From the human T2T-CHM13v2.0 reference genome, Homo sapiens, in assembly GCF_009914755.1 (NCBI RefSeq), contig NC_060947.1: a stretch of DNA of 64,000 nt; one strand, written 5' to 3'. The position numbers and the translations under genes are program-made. This document shows positions 46,280 to 60,937 of the stretch, piece after piece. The stretch's first letter is position 1. The number at the start of each line of letters is the position of its first letter. The notes beneath the pieces are model-generated. The model was not told the origin of the DNA, searched no databases, and worked only from the letters and a program-made list of their open reading frames with translations.

Positions 46280-47135
46280 ACAAATAAAAAGTTTCTTATA
46301 GATGGTGAAAAATTATAGAAAATACAGTATTCCTTTTCAAGTTGAGAAAATGACAATAATGACCACTATTGCTGCTTCTATTGAGCGTATAGCAGAGGTT
46401 CCAGTTGGTAGAAAAAAAAAAGAAAAATAAGTTAAAGGCCTGTGAATTAAACATGAAGAACTACAATTGCTATCATTCACAGATGATAATGCTATAAAAG
46501 ACAAACCATAAAGAGAGATGTACCATGCTTGTTAACATAGAGAAAATACTTTAAAGTTCACAGTTGTTCCCCAGTTATCAACAAATTCAAAAGAATTCCA
46601 ATTAAAATTTTGAAAAGGTATTTCATAGAAATGGGCAAGCTGACCCTAAGTTAATGTGGAGATGACAAAGGCTTAAAAATAATTTAAAAAATCAAAGAAT
46701 AATAATAAAAAAACTTGTCCTACCAGATATAAAGATTCATCATAAAGGTAGAGTGAATTAAAACGTGGGTTTTGAGCCAGGAATAAAGAAATAAAATGAT
46801 GGGAGAGAATAGAAAGCCTAGAAACAGACCAGTATTTATACGGCAACTTGACATATGGCAGAGGTTCCCTTACTACATCGTTACTTAAATGGTGCTGTGC
46901 CCATTTGATATTTATTTAAAGACAACCCTACCCCACACCATACACAGAAGTAATTTCATGTGAATCAAATACCTAAAGTTGATAATCCAAGCTTGAACAT
47001 TTCCAGAGCAAGGAAAATATTTGTATGTCATTAAGATACTGTTTTTTTAAAAAAACAAAAACAAAATAATACAAATCATAAAGGATATAGTGGATAAATA
47101 GAGCTATATTAAAATTTAAAACTTAACTGTGATTA
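46280..47135 (+). mobile_element. Old L1M ORF2 fragments (more at 44560-45100 and 48640-50150)
   Basis: cttgtcctaccagatataaag...gaatagaaagcctagaaacagacc. Confidence 0.65.
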
Positions 47136-48648
<1,513 letters not shown>

Positions 48649-51600
48649 TCACAAATTGTAAATTTAAAAGAAAAATTGCAGATTTGTAACAGATACTTGT
48701 TACATATATAGCACACAAAGGATTTGGATCAATAAAAAGAAAAAAAAGAATATAAAGAGTTTTCCATAATTTTTAAAAAACAAACAACACAATTTAAAAA
48801 TATATAAGTGATATGAACCAGTAATTCACAAAGAACTCCACATTTATACAATTACATGTGCTAAAGTAGCAGAAATGTATAGATTAGAAATAGAGGCACC
48901 TATCTGGATAAATTTTAAAAGTATAATGTTAGATGACAAAGATCTGTGGGAAATGGATTGTATCTAGGCAGAATATTAAAGCACACAAAACAATAATTTA
49001 TAGTGCTTATGGTTATAAATATATGTAGTAAATATAAAAACATGCAGGAAAGTTATGCAAATTTCAGCAGAGAAAGGGAGAGTAAAGGGATAGAGGTGTG
49101 ACTTTAGCTATAGCTGTAATTGTTTGCCAAAAAAAAAATTTAACAAACATGGCAAAATGTTAGCATCTGTTAAATCTATGTTTGGTTCATAGATATTGAG
49201 TATATTCGACTTATATACTTTTCTTATGTTTGCAATATATTATAATTAAAATTATATTAAAATTTCAAATTTTAAATGATTGTGAGAAAACATAGGTGAA
49301 CATTTATTTGCTCATGGGAAAAAAGAAGAGCATTTCAATATAAAAGCAAAAATAAATCACAAAGGTAAAGGCTGATAAATATGACTACATAAAAATGCAA
49401 AAAGGACATAAAAACATCAAAAAATTTAGTTACAAGATGGAGCAAATATTTGTAATACGTGTGTATAAATGATAGGCATACATATATCCAGTATTGTTAA
49501 TGTAAAAAAAAGTACTTTCAAAATCTAAATCTTCATCAAATGTTGAATATTAATAAATGTGAATTCCATAAGGTTAATGAGTATATAGTGAAATCAGAAC
49601 TTTTGTCAACTGCTAGTGGGATTTTTAAACGGTTGACCTTTTTGGATACCAGTTGATGACATTAAAAAGAGTATTAAAATTGTTCATACTAAAAATAGAC
49701 ATTAACCTGATAAAATGATGATCTCTAAGGAGTGAGATGACAGAAGTGACTTATAGTTTCTATTTTATACCCTTCTCTTTTTTTAGTACCTGGTTTGTAT
49801 TACTTTTATAATTTAAAATTATAATTACTTTTTCATGTAAATTATTTTAACAAAAAGCAACCCATTTTATCTTTTGGCCCCAAATTCTACTTTTAAGGAA
49901 ATCATTCCACAGAAATTATTAGACATGCACAAGCGATATACCAGATAATTTTTGTAAATTTTATAATACACATATAAACAACCTAAATATTAAACATTAG
50001 GGGAATAATTAAATATATTGTGGTATATAAACATGGTGGAGTAATATAATTATTTTTAAAAATATATTTCAAAAATAATCATGAAAGTGTTTACTATATG
50101 ATTGTAAGAATAAAAAGGATAGCTCAATGATGCCATGTAGTGCCAAGTTAATGGAAAAAGGCTGTGCAATGTAATCCAAGTTGAGAAGGGGACAAATTGT
50201 AATAATAAGGTCATGGTTATGCTGGCAAGGAATCAATTAATGTCTTATGATGATTCAATGAAGGACTTTTAGCGGAAAAGAAATTCTCCTTGTGTGAGAT
50301 GTACTTTTTTGGTTATTTTTATTTTAGGTTTTCTTCAAGAATATAAAAATATTAAATAGCAGACTGTAATCCAGAGTGGAGAATCACCCTGACATTCTTC
50401 TTCCCCCATGCCCACTTCCAATTATAGGACTAGAACTCCCCACTCTTTCTACCAGGAAGAAAAAGCACTTTTACCTGACAATCCATGCTGGAAGCCAATG
50501 GTATACAAGGAAGGAGTAGGGAGAGAAAATTGACATTGATGTAGGACTTGCAAATATCTGATTGTGGGATAACAGGCACAGAAAAAAATGGGAAGCAGGG
50601 ACTTCAGGATAAAGAAAAATAATAAAAGGAAATAAGAACAAATGAACTGAAGAGAAAAGAGGGTAGCATGAAGAGTAGGCATTCTTCTTCACAGAGCTAG
50701 TGAAAAAATTCTCATGGGAAAATGAGAAAGTACAGTGAACACACCCTCAATAAATAGATGGGACAAGAGAGAAAAATCAGGGACTCACTAATCAATTTTT
50801 AAATGCACTGTCTACCAGCACCACTGTGTATGGTTTGGATTAATTATCAGAGGATTTGAGCAAAAACCGGCTTGAACTTATTTCTGTGATGTTTACTTGT
50901 AAGGGTCACAAGATAATAACTGGTATTAGATAGACTAATCCCTCCCATTCCCGCAAGAGGGCAAGGAATGGTCTATGGGGCCTTGGGGAGATACGCCAAA
51001 GAGGCAATACTTCACCCAGAAAATTTGCCTTTCATCTCTTCCTCTCTGGAGAATATCTAAAGATATATGGGCCAAAAAAATAAAGAGCCTACCTATACAC
51101 ACACATAAACATACATTTCAAGTTTTTCTATGCAGATCTGTATGCATAGAAAAAAAAGAAATGTCCTAAAATATTATTAATGTTTTCCTGGGATTTAGAA
51201 TTACAGGTGATTTTTATTTCCTTGTGCAGCACAATATCTTATAAAGTCAGTAAGAATAGTGGATTGACATTCAGACCCAAAGGAAATTAGAATGCCCAGA
51301 AGAGAAGGGAAGAAGGAAGAGTTGAGCAGTGAGAATCATAATGCAGAGTTTAAAATCAGAAATACTTAATTTATATTATATTGTAGGACTAGGTTTATTG
51401 CAGAAAGTTGAAATGCAGGTTAAAAGCCAGATGAATTTCAGTTGAAGAGAAATAAATAACACTACAATCTTTTACGTTTGAGTTTGTGACGGAAATTTTC
51501 TACTTCCCATATTTGTTAAGCTGTGTAGAAATTTCAAATGTATGGCATGTTTGCATTTATTTCTTTGAACCCAATCAAAACAAACATTGAAATAAAGCTG

Positions 51601-52329
51601 TAAACATGTCAAAGATGCAGATTAATGTATGTTACTTTTTAAAGTTCTGGACTGGTAAAAGTCTGAATTTAAATCTAGAGGCACTATAAAAGAATATGTT
51701 CTGTATTAGAAAGCAAAATGTTCAAGTTAGACGCTAATAGAAACTTGCTAAATTTATTTTAAATCAATACACTTCAAAATTGTTGGAAGCTGTTAAAATC
51801 TGTAAGTAAGCATTTGGATGATCTTTTACACTAAGAAAAAGTGAAAATTCTTCATTTTAAAAAGAGAGTGACATTTGATAAATACCTTGGTAAAGGTATA
51901 AACAAAGTACTATGGGAGCAAATGCAGGGGAGCCATTAGTTCTTTTGAAAGGTTCATAAATCTCTGGCAAGTTGAATCTGCAAACCTAAACATATAAAGT
52001 GATGACAGTGAACACTGATATCTCCTTTTCTTTGACAAATCCCCTTAATGGGCATGTGACTTATGTCAAGGTAAAGAGGATAAAATCAGAAATGCTTCCT
52101 GCTGCCCTGTAATAGAAGTAGTGTTACTAAGGACAGAAGAATAAACTTTTGCCTGTCATTGTTTAATTCAATCCAGGGATTGCAAACTCAGAGAGCACTT
52201 GGGCTGATCTGGCCTACAGACCTATTTATTTTGGCTCATGATTTTCTTTTAAATAAATTTAAATGTCCTTTAAATTATACACTCTCCAGTACATCACTGT
52301 ACATACCATTTTCTTTTGAAAAATTCGGC

Positions 52330-52575
52330 TCCACGCAGTTATTAAGAATACAGACTCTAGAAGTCAGAGTGTATGAGTTAAAATTCAGTATCTGTCACCT
52401 ACTAGCCACATAACCCTGGGAAAATGACAATCTCTCCGCGTAATGGTTTTCTTATCTCTAAAATGAGGATAGTAATGGTAGGGTTTCGGTGAGAGTTAAA
52501 TGAGTTAAAACCCGTAAAGCACTTAAAATAATGTTAAGCAGACAGTAAGCACTGTGCAAAGGTTTGTTAAATAAA
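52330..52575 (+). mobile_element. MIR SINE
   Basis: gactctagaagtcaga...tctaaaatgaggatagtaat...ttaaatgagttaa...gtaaagcactta. Confidence 0.8.
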
Positions 52576-52769
52576 TATTGGTTTATCTCCAGCCTAATTA
52601 TGTCCTGTCCCTGGCCCCTATAAGCATTTGGGCTCATACTTTTGGTTTAATTTTATCTGTAATAAAGCTTTCCTCTTGGTCTTTCATGTAAGCAATGTGT
52701 GTGGCCCCTCCATACATGGTATAAAATAAGGGATTCCAAAGAGTTCTATTTTCATATAAATATACCAAT

Positions 52770-53530
52770 GACTGACTCATTACAATCATAAAAATCTTCT
52801 GAGCTAATTAAACTCTGGAGATACTAAGGGCACAATACAGAGTCCCTGTCCATAAAGGGATTATTGCCCAGTAAGAGACTGGAATTGTACATGATGAGTA
52901 AGTACAGTAGAAGATTACATATGCACATGATAAAAGCTAGGTGACCAAAGTCTGTTGGAGAAAGCCATGATCACAGAGGGATGGAGTGGACTAGGTAGGA
53001 TCTATAGAGGGTATGGGACTTGAGCTAGTTCTTGAGGGAAGAGTGAGACTTAGATCTGCCTAGGGATTAGATGATGAAAACATTCTGACAAGAGCCATGT
53101 GAGCAAATTACAGGGGCAGAATATATCTGAAAGCTTGAGCAATTACGCACAGATTTAATTTGAGTAGAAAGTTGGTTGTGGCAGAAATTATACGAGATGA
53201 GGCTGAGCCCATGGATGAAGGCTGCATTATGGAGAGTACTAAATGCCAGATGAAGAGCTGTACATTTTATCTTGAAAGCAGTAGAAAGTCGATGAAGATT
53301 TCAGAACTGGGAGAGGTAAGTGGAGAGACAGTAAATGATTTTTGCAAAGAAATATTTAATAAATGAAGATTAATCTGTTCAGTGTAGAGGATGGAAAGGG
53401 CCAATGGATAGTAAGGCAATTAAAACACCAGAGAAGAAACATGAAAATTAGCTGGGAGACTATTGCAATACAGTCTGAGATTAAGTTGATCCAAGTCTGA
53501 ATCAGGGTGGGACCATGAACCTGGAAAGGA
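52770..53530 (-). mobile_element. L2 LINE fragment
   Basis: ggagatactaagg...gtccctgtcc...ttttatcttgaaagcagtagaaagtcgatgaagattt. Confidence 0.65.
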
Positions 53531-54065
53531 AAGGAGGTAAGCCAATTTTTTGCCCAATTACATTGTATACATCTAGCAAAATAAGTTAGCTTATCAAGAA
53601 TTCTTATCCTCCACAGCTTTATGTGTATTTATCCATACTGAAACACACCAAAACATTCTGTTACCATATCTATTTCTTCTTAATCTAAAAGCTCCTCCAG
53701 GTTATGAGAGTTGTCTGATTTCTTTTGTCTCTCTAGAACCTAGCAAAATGCCTGACACATATTAACATTTTTAAAAGTGTAAAACTAGACCAAAAACCAA
53801 TAAATCTAGGTAACTTTTGATAAATGGAGAAAGAACAGCTGTTGAGCCTACTCTGTATTTGGAATATTAAGAGAATATGACAAAATAAGAAGTTCTGAAA
53901 AAGGAGCAGATTCAGGGGGAAAGGAAAAAAAATTCCAGGAGTGAGAGATTTGAATCTTAATCAATCTCTCTCTCTCTGTCTTCCCCTCCCCCTCTCTCTT
54001 CCCCTCCCACCCATCTTCCCCTCCCCCTCTCTCTTCCCCTCCCTCTCTCTCTTCCTCTTCCTCTC

Positions 54066-54534
54066 TGTGATGGATAATACTGAATGTCAACTTGATTGGA
54101 TTAAAGGATGCAAAGTATTGATCCTGGGTGTGTCTGTGTGGGTGTTGCCAAAGGAGATTAACATTTGAGTCAGTGGGCTGGGGAAGGCAGACCCACCCTT
54201 AATCTGGTGGGCACAATCTAATCAGCTGCCAGCGAATATAAAGCAGGCAGAAAAACGTGAAGAGGTGAGACTGGCCTAGTGTCCTAACCTACATCTTTCT
54301 CCCGTGCTGGATGCTTCCTGCCCTCAAACATCGGACTCCAAGTTCTTCAGTTTTGAGACTCGGACTGGCTCTCCTTGCTCCTCAAGCTTCGGACAGGCTA
54401 TTGTGGGACCTTGTTATCGTGTATTAATATATATATACATATATATGTGTATATATATATGTGCATACACACATACACACACACACACGTATATCCTATT
54501 AGTTCTGTCCCTCTAGGGAACCCTGACTAATACA
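54066..54534 (+). mobile_element. MLT2A1-like solo LTR, preceded by a CT-rich tract (53965-54065)
   Basis: TGTGATGG...GAACCCTGACTAATACA; 5-bp TSD ctctc. Confidence 0.95.
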
Positions 54535-55484
54535 CTCTCCATCCATCCTTTAACAGGTAAAATCATTATTTTGGAGGGATAACAAAGTTACATATTTTAA
54601 TAACTTGAACATTTATTATAACTATAAAAAATAGAGCTTCATGGGGCACCGAGACACAAGAGCAATCAGTTTGAGCTTAGAGTATAAAAGGATATAGAGC
54701 ATCTGGGCAAGGTGGTGTATGAAATGTTGGGGAGTTAGGAAGCCTGAGATGGATTGCTTAAAGAGGGGCATCTAAAAGAGTAACGCATTCATTGGCCAAC
54801 ATAACAATCAGATTAATGTCACGTTAGCATAATCTTTGGGTTTGACCTTCCACTGTCCCTGAAAAGATGAAGTCACATAATATTAATAGAAATGTAGAAG
54901 GGAAAATTTCAAATATAGTCATGTTAACTTTGAGTAAACCAGCCTGCTATGGTCCACAGTTGTATTTCTACCTTCATAAGCCCAGGGACACTGCTTATCT
55001 TAGGGACTATCTTTTAAACAGTTAAAAAATGCAGAAAACTATCTCTTATCTCTTAGAGATAGATGGATTTCAGTGTTAAAGGAGCTTATAAAATTTGACG
55101 ATTTCCCAGAGGCAAGGCATGACCTTTATACTGAACTGCTCAAGAGGTATCTGCTCCCTTTCATCCTGAGAGATAACCATGAAATAGTTTGGCTGCAGCC
55201 TAATTCTCTGGCAGTAATACAACATATCAATATGGCTCAAATGAGTCATCACCATTAGTGAGGCATGGGCCTTGCACTGGATAGAGCATAGATTAATTCA
55301 AGAAACACTTATTGAGAATCAAACAGAAGTACTTGTAGTGGCAATGTTGACTCTGCCCTGATTTAGCCACATATAGCCCAAAGCAACCCAGTTGTGATAT
55401 TAATGGTCAAGGTTTAGGTATATACTATGGCCAGAAAGTGAAGCAAATAAACTTAACAAAAACTAATAAGGCAGAATAAAGAAC

Positions 55485-55660
55485 TAGAAATTTCATGGGC
55501 TTTAGAATAACACCTGGATTTGAGTCCTGGCTTTGACACTCACTAGCTCTGTGAACTTGGAAAAGTTTATTAATTTCTCTGAGCTCCACAACTGCATCTT
55601 CATAATGAGGATTATAATAATTTCTACCTCATATACTTGTTATTAGGATTAAATGGTAAA
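55485..55660 (+). mobile_element. MIR SINE
   Basis: cctggatttgagtcctggctttgacactcactagctctgtgaacttgg. Confidence 0.8.
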
Positions 55661-55789
55661 CCCTTGATAATCTTATTATATACTTATAAGAATGGTACTT
55701 ATGAACATCAGGCAAGCAGTTTTGGCCTCATGGACGCCAAGTGCCTTAACCATAAGTGTAAAGCATTGTATCATTACAGATAGATTGGT

Positions 55790-56260
55790 ATGGTAGATAG
55801 AATAATGGCCCATTAAAGATGTCCATGTCCTAATCCATATAAATATGTTACCCTACATGGCAAAAGGGATTTTTTTCATATGTGATTAACTTAAAGGTTT
55901 TGAGATGGGTAGATTATCCTGCATTATTCAGTTGGGCCCCAAGTGATTACAAGGGTCCTTAGAAAAGGAAGTCAAGGAGGTCAAAAACAGAAAAAGGAGA
56001 TGTGACTACAAAAACAGAGGTTGAAGTAATGTGCTTTGCAAATGGAGGAAGGGACCATTAGCCAAGGTATGCAGGTGACCTCTAGAAGCATGAAAAGGCA
56101 AGGAAGCAGATTCTCTCCCAGACTTTTCAAAAGTAACATAGCATTATGGATGCCTTGAACTCAGACTTCTTTCCTTCAGAACTGTAAGATAATACATTAG
56201 CGTTGTTTTAAGCCAATAAGTTTGTGGCAATTTGTTAAGTAGCAATAGAAAACTAATAAA
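55790..56260 (+). mobile_element. MLT1C/D-like MaLR LTR
   Basis: gaataatggccc..aaagatgtccatgtcctaatcc...cagaactgtaagataata...tttgtggcaatttgtt...agcaatagaaaactaata. Confidence 0.9.
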
Positions 56261-56283
56261 TTTCGATTTGGTTAAAAGAATTC

Positions 56284-57545
56284 TGGCTAGCCATATGTAG
56301 AAAGCTGAAACTGGATCCCTTCCTTACACCTTATACAAAACTTAATTCAAGATGGATTAAAGACTTACATGTTAGACCTAAAACCATAAAAACCCTAGAA
56401 GAAAACCTAGGCAATACCATTCAGGACATAGGCATGGGCAAGGACTTCATGTCTAAAACACCAAAAGCAATGGCAACAAAAGCCAAAATTGACAAATGGG
56501 ATCTAATTCAACTAAAGAGCTTCTGCATAGCAAAAGAAACTACCATCAGAGTGAACAGGCAACCTACAAAATGGGAGAAAATTTTTGCAATCTACTCATC
56601 TGACAAAGGGCTGATATCCAGAATCTACAATGAACTCAAACAAATTTACAAGAAAAAAACAACCCCATCAACAAGTGGGCGAAGGATATGAACAGACATT
56701 TCTCGAAAGAAGACATTTATACAGCAACAGACACATGAAAAGACGCTCATCATCACTGGCCATCAGAGAAATGCAAATCAAAACCACAATGAGATACCAT
56801 CTCACACCAGTTAGAATGGTGATCATTAAAAAGTCGGGAAACAACAGGTGCTGGAGAGGATGTGGAGAAATAGGAACACTTTTACACTGTTAGTGGGACT
56901 GTAAACTAGTTCAACCATTGTGGAAGACAATGTGGCAATTCCTCAAGGATCTAGAAGTAGAAATACCATTTGACCCAGCCATCCCATTACTGGGTATATA
57001 CCCAAAGGACTATAAATCATGCTGCTATAAAGGCACATGCACACGTATGTTTATTGTGGCACTATTCACAATAGTAAAGACTTGGAACCAACCCAAATGT
57101 CCAACAATGATAGACTGGATTAAGAAAATGTGGCACATACACACCACAGAATACTATGCAGCCAGAAAAAAGGATGAGTTCATGTCCTTTGTAGGGACAT
57201 GGATAAAGCTGGAAACTATCCTTCTCAGCAAACTATTGCAAGAACAAAAAACCAAACACTGCATGTTCTCACTCACAGGTAGGAATTGAACAATGAGAAC
57301 ACTTGGACACAGGAAGGGGAACATCACACACTGGGGCCTGTCATGGGGTGGGGGGAGGGGGAGGGATAGCACCAGGAGATATACCTAATGTAAATGACGA
57401 GTTAATGGGTGCAGCACACCAACATGGCACATGTATACATATGTAACAAACCTGCACGTTGTGCACACGTACCCTAGAACTTAAAGTATAATTTAAAAAG
57501 AAAATTAAATTTAAAAGAAAAGAATGAATAGGGAATCAAAAAAAA
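56284..57545 (+). mobile_element. 5'-truncated L1PA3/4
   Basis: High-identity ORF2 end and 3'UTR ggagatatacctaatgtaaatgacgagttaatggg; TSD aaaagaattc at 56274-56283 and 57546-57555. Confidence 0.96.
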
Positions 57546-57640
57546 AAAAGAATTCAGCAAGCTGCCAATCTTTCAAAAAATCAGCTTTAGGACTGGTATC
57601 ATCAAATATCTTCATACCCTGGCACCACAGCAATCATTAC

Positions 57641-57827
57641 CTATAAACTATCAAAAATCCACCTGAATTCCTCTCCCAAATCATGGTGTCACTCCGGAAC
57701 ACAAGCCCTTGATTATTATTGTTGGTAACATTTCTTGGAACATAATCCTAGAATGGATACTATGAATGTAAAGGAAAATTTATATTGGTATTTGTGACCT
57801 TCCTCACGGATGATTTTCACTCTGGGG
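57641..57827 (-). pseudogene. Disabled exon, C-terminal half of a CUB-like domain
   Basis: Acceptor ctgtctcttgtag| after a 72-nt intron; donor TATAG|gtaatg at 57640. Ends NVTNNNNQGLVFRSDTMIWERNSGGFLIVYR, matching the CUB C-terminal signature N...V.F.SD....GF...Y. Upstream part needs a frameshift or stop read-through. Confidence 0.6.
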
Positions 57828-57899
57828 CTACAAGAGACAGCAAGAAATATGTTCATCATTCCCTTTACCCTTTAAGGAAAAATAATCTGCTTCACCCAC

Positions 57900-58136
57900 C
57901 TGGGCCTAAAAGGTGGTTCCAATTGAGTGATTGACTGGCACTGTTCTTATGAGCAATAAAAGCCTCCTAGTTCCTGCTCAACAGCATCCAGTTGTATCTG
58001 ATGCTGAGGGGACATGGGCACCACTCCAACTTTGCAAGTGTGCCGTTTGTACTGCTTTGGTGTGAGGCAGAAAAATAGGAAATCTGAGCTACCATAGAAA
58101 TATGCTTGGGTAAGTTGCTTGCCATTGTCCCAGGTT
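57900..58136 (-). pseudogene. Disabled exon, N-terminal half of a CUB-like domain
   Basis: Acceptor tcattttctcctgaaattatgcacag|, donor CAG|gtgggt, length 237 nt (multiple of 3). Translates YFYGSSDFLFF...HTCKVGVVPMSPQHQIQLDAVEQELGGFYCS*, resembling CUB G.SG...C.W.I..P....I.L.F..F.LE...C. Confidence 0.5.
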
Positions 58137-58285
58137 CTGTGCATAATTTCAGGAGAAAATGAGACAAATTTGAATGTTCACTTTCACTAGATTAGGAACG
58201 TGCTACTTTCAATTTTACAAAACCATTGAAGCATTTTCTCAATACTGAACCAACGCTGACTTATTTTTGAAAAAGACTACCTTAC

Positions 58286-58460
58286 CATGTAATACATTTT
58301 AGCTATGCAATGGAGGGTCGGGAATTCCATTTCTCCTTTTGTTATTTTGCATTTTTAAAAATGTAGCATCCAATGTAAAAATCACAATGGACACAGTATT
58401 TATATTCTCCTGTCAATGTCAATATATTCAACTTTTTTAAAAAAGGAAGCAAGCTTCTCT
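58286..58460 (-). pseudogene. Candidate disabled exon of the fossil gene (domain unclear)
   Basis: Acceptor ttattttcaacag| at 58461 (alternative gacag| at 58410). Strong donor ATG|gtaagg at 58285. All frames carry stops. Confidence 0.4.
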
Positions 58461-58545
58461 CTGTTGAAAATAAAGCCTTAACCATTAAGTTATCGGGGGA
58501 AACTATCAGACGCACATAGAAGACAAAATTTTGTTTATTCCTTAC

Positions 58546-58571
58546 ATATTGTTCACAGTAGTTCCAGATGT
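58546..58571 (-). pseudogene. Candidate 26-nt micro-exon of the fossil gene
   Basis: ttttatgtttctgcctattag|ACATCTGGAACTACTGTGAACAATAT|gtaagg; reads (D)IWNYCEQY in phase 1. Confidence 0.35.
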
Positions 58572-59219
58572 CTAATAGGCAGAAACATAAAACTTTTACC
58601 CATCGCACAAGATCCCTGTACTAACGCCACCATTTTAGGCAAATTACCAACATTAGACATCAAGCTCCTATGCCATAGTTCAGTATAATGGCAGTTGTGC
58701 ATACATTTATACATTCATCCCTCCATCCATTCAAAAAATATTTGTTGAGCACCTACATTTTACCAGGTGTATGGTGATGGGAATATCGAAGAGAACAAGA
58801 TGGGTCTTTGCTCTCCTGGAGCTTTAAAGTCTAAAAAATGGTACATAGTAGACATGTGTTACATGTTTGATAAATTTATTTACTGATACGTTTAGTTTCA
58901 TACATAATTCAAAATTTAACTCTGAGTGTGCCTGTTTTTGTAATCATTTGGTATTTAGAACTAAAGAGGGGAGAAGACACCATGGGGGAGATGAATCACC
59001 TATACCTAATTTCTCACACTTGTGCCACTGACAGTTTTATTATATTAATCATTCTATCATGTTACCACTGATGGTAAGAATGATAACCTTAAGATCTTCA
59101 GTGATGGTCGCTATATTCTTATTAGGGCAGGAAAGTGGACTCAGACACCTTTAATAAGAGTTGGGAAGGACTTCTATGTAGCCTTAAAGAAATCCAGTTA
59201 TCTCAGTGTCAGTAAAGAG

Positions 59220-59440
59220 TAGTGGTTTCCAAAGAACTCGGGATATAAAATCAGATAACCTGGATTTGGATCTCAGCTCTTTCACGTGGATTTGGGTACC
59301 CATCTAATATTTAATATTTAATATGGGAATAATAATATTGGCCTGGAAGGGTTTTGAGGATTAAATGAGACAATGCAGGTGAATTGCTTGCCATTCAACA
59401 CAAAGCTCTCAGTAAAAGTAGTAATAGTAATAGTTGTTGT
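59220..59440 (+). mobile_element. MIR SINE
   Basis: aacctggatttggatctcagctct...gaggattaaatgagacaatgc. Confidence 0.7.
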
Positions 59441-59500
59441 TGTCATTGTTTGTTGTTACTACATTGATTTCTTACAGCTTCAGTTAACTAATAATTTACT

Positions 59501-59720
59501 AAGGCTATACTTTCAGGGATCATTTTTATAGCTTATTACTAGAGGAGTTAATGTGAATGTGTAGAGCACCAGAAACCTTGAGGAGGAGGTGCAGCGTTCT
59601 CTCCTGAGCATAAAGCTGGCCCGCAGTATTGTGTTGCCTCACTGCAACTGCCATTTGCCATTGATGATGATTGTTCTCTTTCACTGAGAGAGTAAGAGGA
59701 CAGGATGCATTCTAACTGGC
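59501..59720 (+). ncRNA. U3: U3 (SNORD3-family) snoRNA retrocopy, probably a pseudogene
   Basis: Full-length match to U3: AAGGCTATACTTTCAGGGATCATTTTTATAG (boxes A'/A), GTGTAGAGCACC, TCTCCTGAGCATAAAGC (box B), GCCATTGATGATG (box C). Box D CTGA is changed to CTAA. A-rich tail at 59737-59782. Confidence 0.93.
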
Positions 59721-59908
59721 TCCTGTTTATGTTACTAAAAGTAAAAAATAAAAATAAAAATAAAAAATAAAAGAAAAAGAAAGGAATTTAGTGCATCCTG
59801 GCCACCCAAACCCCATAGGCTTTCAAATGTAATTGCAGGAGAAAATGTGACTTTGCTTCTCTTCTTGATCCATACATCCCCTCTGTCTAGTTCTAAGCTG
59901 CACCAAAG

Positions 59909-59982
<74 letters not shown>
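59909..59982. repeat. Compound (CT)n(CA)n microsatellite
   Basis: Read directly from the sequence. Confidence 0.97.
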
Positions 59983-59985
<3 letters not shown>

Positions 59986-60537
59986 GAATTAAGCCAGAGA
60001 TGGTATGTCAGTTGTGATGGATTGATAGTTCCTGCCTGGGATAATTTGATGAGAGGAATCCTGAGATTCCATTGGAAATCAAAATATAAAAGTAGCATGA
60101 TTGATTATTAATGTCAGTTGAGGATTTGGATAAGTAAGTGATAGCATACATACTGTACTGTCAAGAAAGGATAGGTCATTAACACTTCAGTATAATTTTT
60201 TTTTTATTTTTGTAATACACACATGCCTTTTAAATATTAATGCTTATTATGGAATAAATTCTTGGCTCCCTATTAAATAAATTTCTGGCATTAGGAAGCA
60301 AGTAAGAAAGATTTTGTTGTGAGGGCTGCATTGCCTTTCTGAAATTATATGACATAATGATCTGTTCTCTTGCATAACTTGGGCCTTAATTTAGTGATTC
60401 CACAATTTTATTTGCTATAAATAAAAAAGTAAGAAAACATACTTCCCTTAACAAAAGTTCCATGATGATCTCTCAAAGAGGTAACATTGTATATTCATAC
60501 AATTGATTGCTAATCAGCAATTTAAAATGAAAGAATT

Positions 60538-60844
60538 GGCTGGGCGCAGTGGCTCATACCTGTTATCCCAGCACTTTGGGAGGCCAAGGTGGGCAGATCA
60601 CAAGGTCAGGTGATCGAGACTATCCTGGCCAACATGGTGAAACCCCGTGTCTACTAAAAAAAAAAAAAAAAAAAAAAAGACAAAAATTATCTGGGCATGG
60701 TGGCGCGTGCCTGTAATCCCAGCTACTCTGGGGGCTGAGGCAGGAGAATTGCTTGAACCAGGGAGTCCAAGGTTGCAGTGAGCCTAGATGTGCCACTGCA
60801 CTCCAGCCTGGTGACAGAGCGAGACTGTCTCAAAAAAAAAAAAA
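60538..60844 (+). mobile_element. AluSc-like with expanded middle A-tract
   Basis: cacaaggtcagg..atcgagactatcctggcc and gcctggtgacagagcg; A-run at 60656-60678. Confidence 0.95.
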
Positions 60845-60854
60845 TTACTGATAT

Positions 60855-60937
60855 TTAGGTTGGTGCAAAAGTAAGTAATTGCAGTTTTTGCCAAAGTAAT
60901 GGCAAAAACCACAATAATCAGCTTTGCACCAACTTAA
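60855..60937. mobile_element. MADE1 (Hsmar1-derived palindromic MITE)
   Basis: TTAGGTTGGTGCAAAAG...GCTTTGCACCAACTTAA inverted arms. Confidence 0.92.

Noticed and set aside
55073-55258. Protein-like plus-strand 61-aa ORF
   Set aside because: Isolated, non-ATG start, no motif or splice support.
58286-58409. Sushi/CCP-like reading YCVHCDFYIGC...W...C
   Set aside because: Needs two stops and the spacing fits poorly; the ancestral frame is undetermined.
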